Shown: positions 21,470-33,050, numbered from the stretch's first letter. The stretch: DNA of 64,000 bases from Pirellulales bacterium (GCA_963733035.1 CAVTBU010000006.1:1003391-1067390), one strand, 5' to 3'. Notes: generated by a model from the sequence alone, not told the origin. Made by a program: numbers and translations.

Positions 21470-22066
21470 ATGAAAGAGCACCCCGATTGGAACGAAAGCT
21501 ACCGGGACGGCAATCTGCCTTGGGACACGGGACGGCCTTCCTCGGAGTTGCAGCGTGTTTTCAGTCAGAACAAGATTCAGCCGTGTCGTGCGCTCGAATT
21601 GGGCTGCGGAACGGGAACCAATAGTGTCTGGCTGGCCCAACAGGGCTTTGAGGTAACCGGTGTTGACGTGGCTCCGCTGGCAGTCGAGCAAGCGAAAAAA
21701 CGCGCTCACGCCGCCGGGGTGGACGCGCATTTCGTGGTTGCCGACGTGCTCGATTTGCCTGAGCTGGATGGACCCTTTGGATTCTTTTTCGATCGCGGTT
21801 GTTACCACGCCGTTCGTCGCAGCGCGCCGCAGCAGTATGCCCCGGCCGTGGCGCGGCGCCTGGCTGCTGGCGGCCACGGATTGATTCTGGCCGGCAACGC
21901 GCGTGAGCCGCACGATCCTGGGCCGCCGGTGGTTACGGAACAGCAGATCCGCGACGAACTCGGCCTGGCATTTCAAATTGTGGATTTGCACGAGTTCCGG
22001 TTCGACGAGGCTCCCGGCGTCCCCGCGCAGTTTCTGGGTTGGTCTTGCCTGGTTGAGAAGCGCTAG
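21470..22066 (+). CDS. Class I SAM-dependent methyltransferase (TPMT-like)
   Basis: PWDTGRP, ALELGCGTGTN, FDRGCYH. Confidence 0.9.
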   Translation: MKEHPDWNESYRDGNLPWDTGRPSSELQRVFSQNKIQPCRALELGCGTGTNSVWLAQQGFEVTGVDVAPLAVEQAKKRAHAAGVDAHFVVADVLDLPELDGPFGFFFDRGCYHAVRRSAPQQYAPAVARRLAAGGHGLILAGNAREPHDPGPPVVTEQQIRDELGLAFQIVDLHEFRFDEAPGVPAQFLGWSCLVEKR

Positions 22067-22133
22067 GTCAGGTTGCTCGGCAGCTTGACGGTGGTACGGA
22101 GCCGCAAGCGGGGCAGGCGGTTCGTGAAATTGA

Positions 22134-22604
22134 TCAGGCCGTCAATTTCTGTAGCTTCTCTTCGATGAACGCAACGTGGTGGGGGATGTGATCGGTAATG
22201 CGCTGCAGGAGTGTCTGAAGCGTCAAGGGGCCGTCGAGCGAGTGAACGCCCGTTCGCTGAAAGTCGTTCGCGTTGCAGGCTTGCAGGATGGGGAGCATGT
22301 GCGCACGGATCGCCTCGATCAAATTCAGTTCTCCGTCCAACGGCCGCTTTTGACAATGAAGGGCGGGTCCAAACAGATTGGGATCCGCCTCAAAGAAAGT
22401 GGGATTGTCCTCGGCGATGACGCGCTTCATGCGGTCTGCGTAGACGATTTCTGAGTCGGCCAAATGGCAGACGACCTCACGAATGGACCATTTTCCCTCG
22501 ACGGGCCTGGCGTCCAGGTCGACCGCGGCCGCCGCTCGCAGCACATCGCGGACCCGTTTCGCGCCGCCCGAGTAACTTTTGATGAGCGTGGAGAGATTGG
22601 ACAT
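22134..22604 (-). CDS. DinB family protein
   Basis: GKWSIREVVCHLADSE, RTGVHS, HIPHHV. Confidence 0.88.
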   Translation of the reverse strand: MSNLSTLIKSYSGGAKRVRDVLRAAAAVDLDARPVEGKWSIREVVCHLADSEIVYADRMKRVIAEDNPTFFEADPNLFGPALHCQKRPLDGELNLIEAIRAHMLPILQACNANDFQRTGVHSLDGPLTLQTLLQRITDHIPHHVAFIEEKLQKLTA

Positions 22605-23323
22605 ACCGGTGCCACAAATTAGCGACGCCATGGATGGAGAGTGATCGCTGCATTATAGGACAATTCCGTCTACGCGTGGGAGGTCGCGGATTTGCGGCCT
22701 GGCGCACAGGCCACCGTTGGTTACAAGTCGCATTCTAGGCGTTGCCAATTTCTTTGACACACGATTCTGCGCGCTTTCTGGTGTTGTCTGCCGAGCTTTC
22801 GCCGGGCCGACGAGCCAACCGGTCGGGCGAGCTTCGTGATGTGCCGGCATTGTCGTGCGTGAGGTGGGCGTGTCCTTGGCTCGCAAGCGTCCGCTTCCAT
22901 CCTGCTGCGGTCCGACACCTCGACAACACGAACGCATGCGATGAATCCACTTCGGTGAAATCGTTCACCGACGCGCCTGATGGGTCTTGCCAGCGTGCAC
23001 CGATCGAAACATCCCTACTTCTCTCTGTCCTCAGCGGCAATCGCGTTTGAGCGCGCCAATCAAATCGACGCGACATCGACCCGCACGCCGCCATCGAACG
23101 TTTCTCCCGAAACCCGCCTGTGTCCTGACGGCTCGCCCAAGTTGGCGTCACCGCTTCGCCCCCTGGTGGACCGCTTGTTGACCGGGTCGCTCGCAGTTAT
23201 CTTCGAAGTCCGGTCATCGAACCGATGGTTCGATCGATCGGGCCGCCAGTTTGCGTCAGTTGCTTGTTCCGGCGTGGCCGGTCGACGTGCGAAGCGTCGA
23301 CTTAACAACGGGGAGAATGGATT

Positions 23324-25417
23324 GTGAGGAGAATCTGCTTGCGCAAATTCGCCGCGCTGTGTGCGGTCGTCTGCTGCGGAACCGCTATGCATTGGGCGAG
23401 CGCCGACACGCGCGTCTCGATCGATGGCGAACATTGGCGGATCAATGGCCGGCCGACGTATCCCGGCTCCGCCGCGCAAGGACTGCTGATGAACGTGCGG
23501 GTCGTCAACGCCGTCTTTGAGGACACCGGCCGCGCGGAGTTCGACGCCGAAGCAAACACCGACGAATTCATCGCGGAAATTCCCGACTACGTTGCCCATG
23601 GCGTCCGCGCCTTCACGCTCTGCCTCCAAGGGGGCTTTCCAGGCTACGAAGGCGCGAACAACTCGGCGTTCAACCACGATGGTTCGTTGCAAGCGCCGTA
23701 TCTCCGTCGCGCGCGGCGCCTCATCGAGGCCTGCGACCAGGCCGGCGCCGTGGTGATTCTCGGCTGTTACTATCAGCGGCAAGACCAGCGCCTCGACGAC
23801 GAAGCGGCCGTGCGCTCTGGGGTCGTGAATGTCGCACGCTGGATCAAGGATTCGGGCTTCGGCAACGTCGTGCTCGAAGTGGGCAACGAATACGGACACG
23901 GCGGCTTCGATCATCCGATTCTAAAGGCCGACGCGCAGCACGCGGAACTCATTCGTTTGGCGAAGAAGACCAATCCCGACTTGCTCGTGTCCACCAGCGG
24001 CAGCGGCGATGGATCGTCGTCCGACGAGGTGGCCCGTGCCAGCGATTTTCTGCTGGTGCACTTCAACTCAACCCGGCTTGCCGACATTCCGCGGCGCATC
24101 GAAGTCCTGAAAAGATACCACAAGCCCATCGTCTGCAACGAGGACGAGAAAACCGGTGCGGCTGGCGCTCGGGCAGCCCGGCAGTGTGTCGATCACGGGA
24201 TTTCGTGGGGGCTGATGGAAGAGAAAATCAACCAGCACTTCCCGTTTCACTTTCGCGGGGCGGAGGACGATCCGGTCGTCTACGCCGAGCTTGCGCGGCT
24301 CACCGCGCCGGCCACCCAAACCTACTTTCCTCCACCGGAATCGGAAGGCGGCTGGCGCAAGCTTGACGCGCCCGACGACATCCGCCGTTTGGCAGGCATG
24401 GATCCCGATAAGCTGGCTGATCTGGAGAAGTGGTTGCTTGCCTCCGACGATCGTCACTTCGCCGCCGACGTGATCCGCAACGGCTACATCGTGCTGGAAG
24501 TCGAGCGGGGCAACAGCGCGAAGACCGACGCCCGCCGCGTCGCGTCCGTGTCGAAGGCCGTGTGCGCTACCGTGCTGGCCATCGCTTCCGAGCGGAGCCA
24601 ACATGGCCTGACGCCCAGAAAAATGTCGTTCGACGATCCGGCGTTTGATTTCATCCCCTGGGCAAAGCCGCTGAGCGACCCACGCAAGGCGCAAATTACC
24701 GTCAAACAGTTGCTCAACCACACCTCGGGCATCTGTCCCGAAGCGACCGGCGCCCGCAACGACGGTTCGTGGGAGTACGTCCTCGGGCACAGCGGCGACT
24801 CGCGCACCGAAAAGCTGGCGTTCGATCCGGGGCAGGGCTGCGGTTACTCGACGCACGCGCTGTGCCACGCCTCGCTGGTCTGCGAGACCGTGACCGGCCG
24901 GCCCTACGATCAGTTTGCGATCGAGGCCCTGTTCAAGCCAATCGGCTGCGAGCATTGGTGGTTTCAGTTCTACGAAGGGGGCGGGTCCATCGGGCGGCAT
25001 CCGTCGCACGGCCTGGGCATGCCCGCCCGCGATTTGGCGCGTATCGCTTACTGCATGCTGCACGGCGGCCGGTGGAACGACCAGCAAGTCGTTCCCGCGT
25101 GGTTCGTCGACCAGACCGCCGCCCCGACGCACCACGTGAAAACGCCGGAGATGCGTTGGGGTTTCAACCCGGAAATCTTCTCGCACGGTTGGGAGCTTCC
25201 CGCCCTCTTGACCGGCAAGAACAAAGACCACGTCCGCGGCGACGGAATCCCCCGCGACGCCCGCTACAAACCCGGCTCCGGCGGGCAGTTGATCGCGTTT
25301 GTGCCGAGTCTGGATCTGGTGGTCACTCGTCAAACCGGCGAGAGCGGGGGTTGGGAGTTTGCCGAGTATCTGCGAAGGGCTTGCGCGGCGGTGGCCATGG
25401 CGCCGGCGAGCGATTGA
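23324..25417 (+). CDS. Secreted fusion: glycoside-hydrolase-like TIM barrel plus serine hydrolase (beta-lactamase-related)
   Basis: Signal peptide. N domain has EVGNEY and PIVCNED. C domain has ASVSK (SxxK), ITVKQLLNHTSG, YST, GSGGQLIAFVPSLDLVV. Confidence 0.78.
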   Translation: MRRICLRKFAALCAVVCCGTAMHWASADTRVSIDGEHWRINGRPTYPGSAAQGLLMNVRVVNAVFEDTGRAEFDAEANTDEFIAEIPDYVAHGVRAFTLCLQGGFPGYEGANNSAFNHDGSLQAPYLRRARRLIEACDQAGAVVILGCYYQRQDQRLDDEAAVRSGVVNVARWIKDSGFGNVVLEVGNEYGHGGFDHPILKADAQHAELIRLAKKTNPDLLVSTSGSGDGSSSDEVARASDFLLVHFNSTRLADIPRRIEVLKRYHKPIVCNEDEKTGAAGARAARQCVDHGISWGLMEEKINQHFPFHFRGAEDDPVVYAELARLTAPATQTYFPPPESEGGWRKLDAPDDIRRLAGMDPDKLADLEKWLLASDDRHFAADVIRNGYIVLEVERGNSAKTDARRVASVSKAVCATVLAIASERSQHGLTPRKMSFDDPAFDFIPWAKPLSDPRKAQITVKQLLNHTSGICPEATGARNDGSWEYVLGHSGDSRTEKLAFDPGQGCGYSTHALCHASLVCETVTGRPYDQFAIEALFKPIGCEHWWFQFYEGGGSIGRHPSHGLGMPARDLARIAYCMLHGGRWNDQQVVPAWFVDQTAAPTHHVKTPEMRWGFNPEIFSHGWELPALLTGKNKDHVRGDGIPRDARYKPGSGGQLIAFVPSLDLVVTRQTGESGGWEFAEYLRRACAAVAMAPASD

Positions 25418-25899
25418 AACGCGGGGAAGCACGGCCGTTCGGGACGGCTCGAGAACATCGCGATGGACTTCTGGTCGTTGCTACAGATGGGCTGGGTCGA
25501 CACCGACCAATTCCATTTCGACATTTAAGATTCAAGCCGCGCCCCACAAGACGCTCAATCCGATCGGAGCAAGCCAGCGAGGGGATCCCTTCGCCGCCGT
25601 ACGTTCTCGCCCGCTTGTTTTCCGAACGGGTTGGTGTTGTCACTCGATTACGTCGTGCCCTCGCTTTTGCGCGCAGCGGTCGAACCGCACGCTCGGCGGC
25701 CGTGTTTCGCGGCGGTTCGTCGCCATCCAGCGAACGGCCGGTGAACCGAGGATCGATCGCCTCGTTCGATTCGTCGAGGCTCATGCCCTGGCCAGTCGTC
25801 TCGATGAACTTCAACACCCGCTTGAGCTGGACTTCGTGACTGCGCCGGTCGGGCATTGTGCCGCGATGTATCCCCTCGGCGCGGTCGGGAGGATCGAGG

Positions 25900-27473
25900 A
25901 GATTTGCGAACGAGGAGAACCAGAAGGTCGAAACTGCGAGAACGCCGTATACGAGCAGATATCCGTGCTGCGTGAGATCAACGTGCCCGGCGCGTTCGTC
26001 TCTCAAGAGATTGTTATAGACGTTGATCGGATCGAGATGATCGGTCAAAGGAAAGGTCGTGATCGCGATGTTCAGTACAGCGAATCCAAGAATTGCCATG
26101 AAGGCACCGATAACGGGTTTGCGAAGCCAGCAGGTTCCGAGCACGGCCAATGCGTACATGAGCGCGTGAAGGATCGGGAAACAACCGACATACGCCCAGC
26201 TCATTCCCGTCGTCATCGAATATCGAGGAGCATTCCAGCTCGTAAGAATCGTGACTCCGTCGAGCACGATCAGAACGGCGGCCAGCCCGAGGAAAAACTT
26301 GCACCAAAACCACATGCCTAGAGAGATGGGGTGCGATCTCCAGAAGCCCCCGAGTCCTGAACCGAGGTCTGCCGAATAAAGGCCCGATCCGACGACAGCT
26401 GCCCAGAGCATCCCGACGAATGCAATGGTATGCGGCATTTCCGCAAGAACGGATGCATTGTTCGGGTAATGGATTTGAGGTTCCATCACCACCGATGCGA
26501 GCGCGATCAGTAAAGCAAAGAGTAGTCCAAACGTCGCCAACGGCGCCGACTGCCGAGCTTCAAGCCAGGCCAGCGCGGTCCATGGGCCTTGGAAGCGAAT
26601 CGGGATGTGTGACCAGAGCGAGGGCGTTATAAAGCGGAATCGGCCCGGTTTCGCAGGCAGCGCGACATTTTTCGGCCGGCCATATCGAATTACGAATAGG
26701 TAACTGAGGGCCAATAACACAGGAATTGACAACCCCAACGCGATCCATCGGTATTGGGCCAACTCGTGGTCGGTATAGGAACCGCCGTGCTCGGCGCCGT
26801 ATCCCCATTGAATCGCCAAAGATTGAGGAAGGACAGCGCCGTAGACCAGTTGCACGTACGGCCTCCGCTCGCCGTACCAAAACAAGCCGCTGGCGATCAT
26901 CGATCCAAGTCCCATTACCGCACCCAGCAAACCGACTTGCGCCTGGCTGCGCAGCCAACAGCCGAACACACTCAAAACTAGCAGAAGTTCGATACCGCCA
27001 AAAATGGCGATCGCCGTTACGCTCGCCAGCTGTTCCAATGCAGTCAGAAATGACGCGGTCTCTCGTTGCGGCAGTCGCGGGAGGAATTCGACGCCGCGGG
27101 GTTCAGCTTGTTCGACAAGCCCGCTGGCAAGTGCGAGCGACAACACGACGGCTGCCACCAGGACAGGAATTGCCAACGTAGCTACGGCTCCCCCGATCCG
27201 AACCGCTGCGATTCGTCGCATTGATACGGGCAGCGAGGCCGAAAATGAGAGCGTTCCAGCCGATTGTTCACCCTGCGCAGCGCGCATGGCCAAAAAGACG
27301 GCGGCGCAGATCGTATAGAACAGCGATAGTCCACTGAAATGTCCCACGGGGGCATGAAACCCGTAGCCAACTTCATACCCGATGGAATAAATGGCCGCCA
27401 GGACCATCCAGGCCAGGAAGATCGCCAAGTAGCCTCGGTTCTCTTGCCATTGCTTCCATAACAGACTTTTCAT
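25900..27473 (-). CDS. ABC transporter permease (duplicated ABC-2-type membrane module); 3' end disrupted
   Basis: MKSLLWKQWQE start, many TM segments, a second module (ALAWLEARQ...FWRSHPIS). After ~25910 the ORF reads through non-membrane sequence to 25323. Confidence 0.7.
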
Positions 27474-28416
27474 GACGTCTCTCCCGTAGAGAGGTTAAGG
27501 CGATATTGCGGCCGAGTTGGCAGGCTACCGGGCCAGTCTTGTGTGCGACCAATTACGAACGCTTCAAAGATTTCATCCAAGCTAAGGTCAACCACGTCGT
27601 GGTCGATTCCCTTGGCTATTAACTGCCCGACGTAGTTTTCCGAGCGATCGATGATGAAGGCCAGCCGATCCTCGTGCCGGCAGACATCCAACAAACCATC
27701 TGGTTGCGGAGTTCGGCGATCGACTCGCAAGACAGCAGGATTTGCTTGACTTCGTCACGCAATAGGTCGGTTGTCCCGGTACGGACGATGTGACAGTGGT
27801 CCAGGATGGCTATGGAGTACGCTACCGCTTCCACCTCGTCCAGCAGATGCGAACTGTAGAGCACCGTGCATCCCGAAGTCTGTAAATGTTCCACGAGATC
27901 GCGATTGAATTCTTTGCGTGCGATCGGGTCGAATCCCATCGCGGGATCATCCAAAATGACAATGGGAGGATGATGCGAAAGCGCCACGACCAAGCCGAGC
28001 TTGACGGACTGACCTTTTGAAAGTCTGCCGATACGCCCATGCGGAGGGATGCCAAATCGATCAAGATAGTCACGAGCCCAATTCATATCCCAAGTCGGAT
28101 AGAATGGCGCGAGGAAGCGACACAGTTCGATCGGCGTCATCCAGACGTACATGGCTTGATCCTCGGCCAAGTAGCCGACGTGACTCCGAACCGTCAATGG
28201 ATCGATGGCCGGATCGATGCCTCCGAGTTGAACCTTGCCGGAATCGGCTGGTATCAAGCCCAACAGGATGCGGATCATTGTTGTCTTCCCCGCTCTGTTG
28301 CGACACAGTAACGCGAACGTCTGTCCCGCCGGAATGGTCAGCGAAACATTTTGCAACACCTGCTGAGATCCGTAGGACTTTTTGAGTTGGTCAACCCGAA
28401 TGGCCGGTGCGCTCAT
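27470..28416 (-). pseudogene. ABC transporter ATP-binding protein, degenerate
   Basis: LSKGQ signature and SSHLLDEVE are intact, but Walker A reads LCRNRAGKTT, Walker B reads ILDDP, and there is a frameshift at ~27705. Confidence 0.75.
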
Positions 28417-28660
28417 GACCGCTTCTCCGAACTGTTCTCTTTGGAAATCTGCGTCTTGGTGTCGGACGCAGTCGCTGTCAGCATCCGACGAAGCTCGGGC
28501 ACGGCGAGCCCTAGTAGCAACCCACGTCGCACGATCGCCTGGTACTCGCGTGAGTACTGTTCGCGCACCACACGCCGAACCGTCCTGGGCTACAAATTTT
28601 CAAGTCGCCAACTTGCTCCGGTCACCTTGCCCGTTTCGGCCGAAATTGCACCTCGCTCCG
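28413..28660 (-). pseudogene. Remnant of a GntR/YtrA-type regulator (C-terminal part)
   Basis: The frame RRVVREQYSREYQAIVRRGLLLGLAVPELRRML...KRS* ends in an ATGA overlap with the ATPase start. There is an in-frame TAG at ~28591 and no HTH N-terminus. Confidence 0.45.
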
Positions 28661-28817
28661 TCGCGCCGACGCTCGGCTGCGGGTGAACTTCGATACTCTC
28701 TTTCCCGGGCGGGTGGTATGCTACTGGGGCGCGAAGATGCTGCATGTGCTGTGGAATGCTTGCCGCACTTGCGCTCGGCCAGTTCGCTCTCTCGCTTCAA
28801 GATCCCAAGCTCTACCG

Positions 28818-29534
28818 ATGGTCGAGAAGACAATCCAGCCGGTCGGCGTCGACCCGTCCACCGTGTTCATCGATTATCGAACCCTGCTGCGACGGTCGCT
28901 GATCGCCGCGGCGGTGTGCGTGGTGGCCGTCGTGGTCTGTTATTTTTGGGTCGACCGGCCGGTGGCGTTTTATGTCCATGATCACCAGATCGAAAAAATC
29001 CAGATCTTCAAATGGCTGACCTATCCGCCGCCGATCGTCCAAACCTGGTCGCCGTTGGTGCTGGCACTACTGATGGTTCGCCGGGCGTTTGCGCCGTTCA
29101 AGCGGTGGGAGAAAACCTTGTTCGTCGCCTGCCTGAGCCTGATCGTGGCTGACGAATTCCGCACCAGCCTGGGCGACCTTTGCGGTCGCTACTGGCCCGA
29201 AACTTGGTTCGACAACAACCCGTCGCTGATCGGCAATGGCACGTACGGTTTCCATCCTTTCCAACACGGCGACGACGTCGGCAGCTTCCCCTCCGGGCAC
29301 GCCACCAGGATTCTCGGCTTTGCCGTCATCTGGTGGATTGCGATGCCGCGCAGCCGCGTGGTTTGCACGCTCATCTGTTTGCCCATGCTCGTCAGCCTGG
29401 TTGCGATGGACTACCATTTCGTCAGCGACGTAATCGCCGGCGGCACGCTAGGGGCAATTGTCGGCGCGTATGCTGCCAGCCTGGCAAACCTGCACAAGAA
29501 TCGCGTCGAACGTTCCGCGGCAGCCCCAGGTTAA
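28818..29534 (+). CDS. PAP2 family phosphatase (membrane)
   Basis: GRYWP, SFPSGH, YHFVSDVIAG; an extended -10 (TGGTATGCT) at 28714-28722. Confidence 0.88.
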   Translation: MVEKTIQPVGVDPSTVFIDYRTLLRRSLIAAAVCVVAVVVCYFWVDRPVAFYVHDHQIEKIQIFKWLTYPPPIVQTWSPLVLALLMVRRAFAPFKRWEKTLFVACLSLIVADEFRTSLGDLCGRYWPETWFDNNPSLIGNGTYGFHPFQHGDDVGSFPSGHATRILGFAVIWWIAMPRSRVVCTLICLPMLVSLVAMDYHFVSDVIAGGTLGAIVGAYAASLANLHKNRVERSAAAPG

Positions 29535-29594
29535 TCGACGTGGCGGTATTGATCCGCCTGCCAAACGATCAGCGGACGGGCGAATAACCCCGGC

Positions 29595-30591
29595 TCAGCG
29601 ATTTTCCGGGGGAAAGATCACCTTCCAATGGCGACGCATATCGACCACCGTCCAGCCACGGCGCGGCGCTTCCTCGAGCCCCTTATCGAGACGCCCGACG
29701 CGCGAATGGCGGTCGTAGGCATACTCGCGCACGCTATCAGTGTGGTGAACGAGCAGTCCGAACCGCTGGCCATCGGCCAGCGTCGCCCACTCGAGCATCT
29801 CAATGTCCTGGTCGGAATTGCCGAACGCGGCGATCGGTCGGCGGCCGATGAACTTGCCGATGCCCACCGGTTTGCCCGGCCCGTCGTCGACAAAGTCAAC
29901 GTCGGGCAGCCGCAGCAGCACCGGGTGGCCATCCCGCAGTTTGAATTCGGTTTTGATCGTGCTCCCCACGATCTGCTGGGGCGGAATGCCGTATGCCTTG
30001 TCGGTCCAGGGACGCATGAACTCGGCGCCGCCGCCGGAGACGACAAACGTCTGGAAGCCGTGCGCGAAAAAAGGCCAGCACTTCGATCATCGGTTGGTAG
30101 ATGCACGCGGTGTACGGCCTGTGGAAGCGCGGGTGCCGGGCGGCGGCCAGCCAGTCGGTGACGATCCGCTCGAAATCGACGGTACTCATGCCGGCATGCG
30201 TGACATCGATCAGCTGTTCGAAATCCTTGAGCGTGAGCGCCGGCTGGTCGCTCTTTCCCGCGAGGAGCGAGGCAAACGGCTCCTGCCGCTGCCATTCGGG
30301 GTGCTGGGGGGCCAGTGCCTTCAGCCGATCGATCGCGAACACCACCTGGACATAGTCTGGCTGCTCGCACCACAGCGTGCCGTCGTTGTCGAACGTCGCG
30401 ATCCGCTCGGCCGGCGGCACGAAGTCCGGCGAGCCTGCGCGCGTTACGCGCTCGACGAAACCGATCATCGCCGCTTTGGCCGGGCACTCGTTCCAGCTTG
30501 GCAGCGGATCGGCCCCGGCGACCGAAACCACCAACGAGACAATAAATAGCGCCAAAGCCGCGTACGGCCAGCAGCAACGTCGAGTGTTCAT
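29595..30591 (-). CDS. Secreted HAD-family hydrolase / nonspecific acid phosphatase (frameshift ~30068)
   Basis: DPLPSWN, ATFDNDGTLWCEQP, YQPM, GRRPIAAFGNSD, REYAYD. Confidence 0.88.
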
Positions 30592-30638
30592 GTCGGAATC
30601 CACACTACCGGCGGCCCAGCAGCACATGTGCCGACAGT

Positions 30639-31253
30639 TCAAAATTCAGCAGCAAGCTCGGCGCGATCGCCGCGCACCAGCACCAGCGCGGGCAACAGGC
30701 CGCAGATCAGTAAACCCGCCGTACCGGGCTCGGGCACGAAGACCAAATCGATCTCGACGCGCGAACCGGTCGGAAACGAGTACGGTCCGGTCTGCAAGAT
30801 CACCGAGTGGGCCGTGAACGTCACGTTGGCCGCGCTGAACGCCGGATAGTTTAGCGGCGCGCCCGGCTCGGGCACGATCGATTCGGAGTAGATCACGCTC
30901 ACCCCGCCGATCGATTGCCAGGGCATTCCCGGCACGTCAATGTCGCGAACCTCAATTGTGGTCGGCGGAAAACCCGAGTTGAACCAGGGGCTGAACCAGT
31001 CACTGAGCGAGTTCAGCACAATCGACGCGGGCCCAATGTCCAGATCGTAAATGTCATTGTTGATGATCGTCGCCGTGTACTCGACGCCCGGGTCAACGAC
31101 CTGCACGCTATCGTTCAAGTACTCGGTACCGTTGGACTGGGCGACCCCCCAGATATCCACCGTATCGCCGACAATTGACGCCGCCTGCACCCGCCCCGCG
31201 GTAAGTGCCAGGGCCAAAGTCAGAACCAGTTGCCATTTCCGAATACAACGCAT
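30639..31253 (-). CDS. Small PEP-CTERM protein
   Basis: Signal peptide (VQA|AS), GGAG SD, VPEPGTAGLLICGLL plus TM tail. Confidence 0.8.
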   Translation of the reverse strand: MRCIRKWQLVLTLALALTAGRVQAASIVGDTVDIWGVAQSNGTEYLNDSVQVVDPGVEYTATIINNDIYDLDIGPASIVLNSLSDWFSPWFNSGFPPTTIEVRDIDVPGMPWQSIGGVSVIYSESIVPEPGAPLNYPAFSAANVTFTAHSVILQTGPYSFPTGSRVEIDLVFVPEPGTAGLLICGLLPALVLVRGDRAELAAEF

Positions 31254-31712
31254 GTTGTCGCTCCGGGCCAGAAAGAATTGCGCACCGCGTGCCGCGCAGT
31301 CAAATAGTTCATTACTAATAGTCAAAACCATCAGGCACCGCAAGCAGAAAACAGGTCGAGAGGTTGGCGTCGAAGCACAATCGTTGGAACGGCGGTCAGC
31401 CTTCAGAATCGCGAACGCCCCGGCAGCCCAAGGAAGTCGATCGCTGAAATTCCGCGTCGAGAAGCGTTCGAATTCGTCGACGCCGTTCCCGCGCCGCGGT
31501 CCACTCAACGTGTTTTAGCACCGCTTGACCCTCGAACCTGGCGAATTGAACTTTCCCACCTGCGTAGTTATGTTGACTTTTGCGTTTGGACATCTACCGC
31601 GCCAACAATCGTTGCCACCCATTGACGGTTCTCAATCGACACACATGCGACGTGTCGGAGCCGTTCGCATCGCTCCCGCCGAATTCCTCCCCAACACCCG
31701 CCACGGTTTTCC

Positions 31713-32963
31713 GTGCCAGTTCAACCGCCAACTGCCGAATCGCCAGACCGCGCAACGCGCGCTGCCCGCTGGCGAACGTCAGCGTGGATCGTTGCCGGGC
31801 TGGTTCTCCTGTTGATGGTCCTCTGGAACTACGCGGCTTTCGACGCCGTCGACCATGATTTCACCTTTCAATACGCTCAATACGACCAGGACGCAGGGGG
31901 GGCGATTTATTACTGCGTGGAACACGGGTGGCCCTGGCCGTTTGCACGACGTGATTTCACCGTCGTCATGGACTGGAACCTCCGAGCGGGACTTTTGGAC
32001 CTCTATCCCCTGGCATTGTTGGCCGACGCCGTCGTTGCGGTGGCGATCTCTGCCGTTGCCGGCTGGATGTACGAGCGCTGGCGCCGCAAACATGCGCGAT
32101 GGTATCAAGTCGGCGTGTTGACCATGCTGGTGGCGACGCTGTTGTTTGGATGGACGTTGCAGGTCGTTCTCCAACATCGTCATGTCCACGACGTCTTACA
32201 ACGGGCGGATCCATCGGTTGGCCCAAGCGTAGTCGGATTGCAAAGCGTACCAAAGCGATGGGGGCCGGTCTCGTTGGCTGGACGACTGTTGCCAACCTCT
32301 TCGCAGTATGCCAAGCCACTATTCATTTCAGTGAACAACTTTGTCATTGCCGGCAGTAGTCCGCATCCCGGTCCTGTCATCAAATCCATCGTCGAGCTCG
32401 ATCCCGCAGCTTGCCGCGTGGCAATGACGGATAATCAAATCTGGGAGCAGCAGAAAGGCCTGCTTGATTGGATGTATGCGATCCCCGTGCAAGACATCTA
32501 CTGTATTGTCGAGCCGGACGGGACACTCGAACCGCTCACAAAAATGCCGCACTTGCGGCGCCTTTGGATCAATTGGCCGCCTGGCGGTCACAAGGCGCGG
32601 CTGGCCGTTCTCGGCCGGAATCCCAAGTTGGAACTGCTGGCGATCAACGGCAAGGGAACCCAAGAACTGGGCGACGAAGATTTGTCGTTTCTCAAGTCGC
32701 TCACTCAGTTGCGAGTCCTGGCGATCGGCCCCAGCCAGATTACCGCCGCCACCTTGACGAACATCGCCCGCATGGCGCAATTGCGTACGTTATGTTTGCC
32801 CGGCTGTCCCCTCACCGACGAGGATTTGCAACGTTTTTCTGGGCTGGTGGAGCTGCGCCGCTTGGAACTCGATAGCTCGCACGTCTCGGACGCGGCGGTG
32901 CAGCAATTGAAAAGTTCGTGCCCCTGGTTGCAGGTCGTTCGCTTGAACGAGTTGCCTCCCTAA
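31713..32963 (+). CDS. Membrane protein with C-terminal leucine-rich repeats
   Basis: N-terminal TMs with HGWPW; LTQLRVLAI, LRTLCL, LRRLELDSSHVSD LRRs; ending QQLKSSCPWLQV. Confidence 0.75.
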   Translation: MPVQPPTAESPDRATRAARWRTSAWIVAGLVLLLMVLWNYAAFDAVDHDFTFQYAQYDQDAGGAIYYCVEHGWPWPFARRDFTVVMDWNLRAGLLDLYPLALLADAVVAVAISAVAGWMYERWRRKHARWYQVGVLTMLVATLLFGWTLQVVLQHRHVHDVLQRADPSVGPSVVGLQSVPKRWGPVSLAGRLLPTSSQYAKPLFISVNNFVIAGSSPHPGPVIKSIVELDPAACRVAMTDNQIWEQQKGLLDWMYAIPVQDIYCIVEPDGTLEPLTKMPHLRRLWINWPPGGHKARLAVLGRNPKLELLAINGKGTQELGDEDLSFLKSLTQLRVLAIGPSQITAATLTNIARMAQLRTLCLPGCPLTDEDLQRFSGLVELRRLELDSSHVSDAAVQQLKSSCPWLQVVRLNELPP

Positions 32964-33050
32964 CGGACGACCCAGTGGTCGAGTACTCGTAACAATGCCT
33001 GACCTCATCAGCCCGCTTCGCGCCCGACTCCTCACCACCACCCCCGTTTT

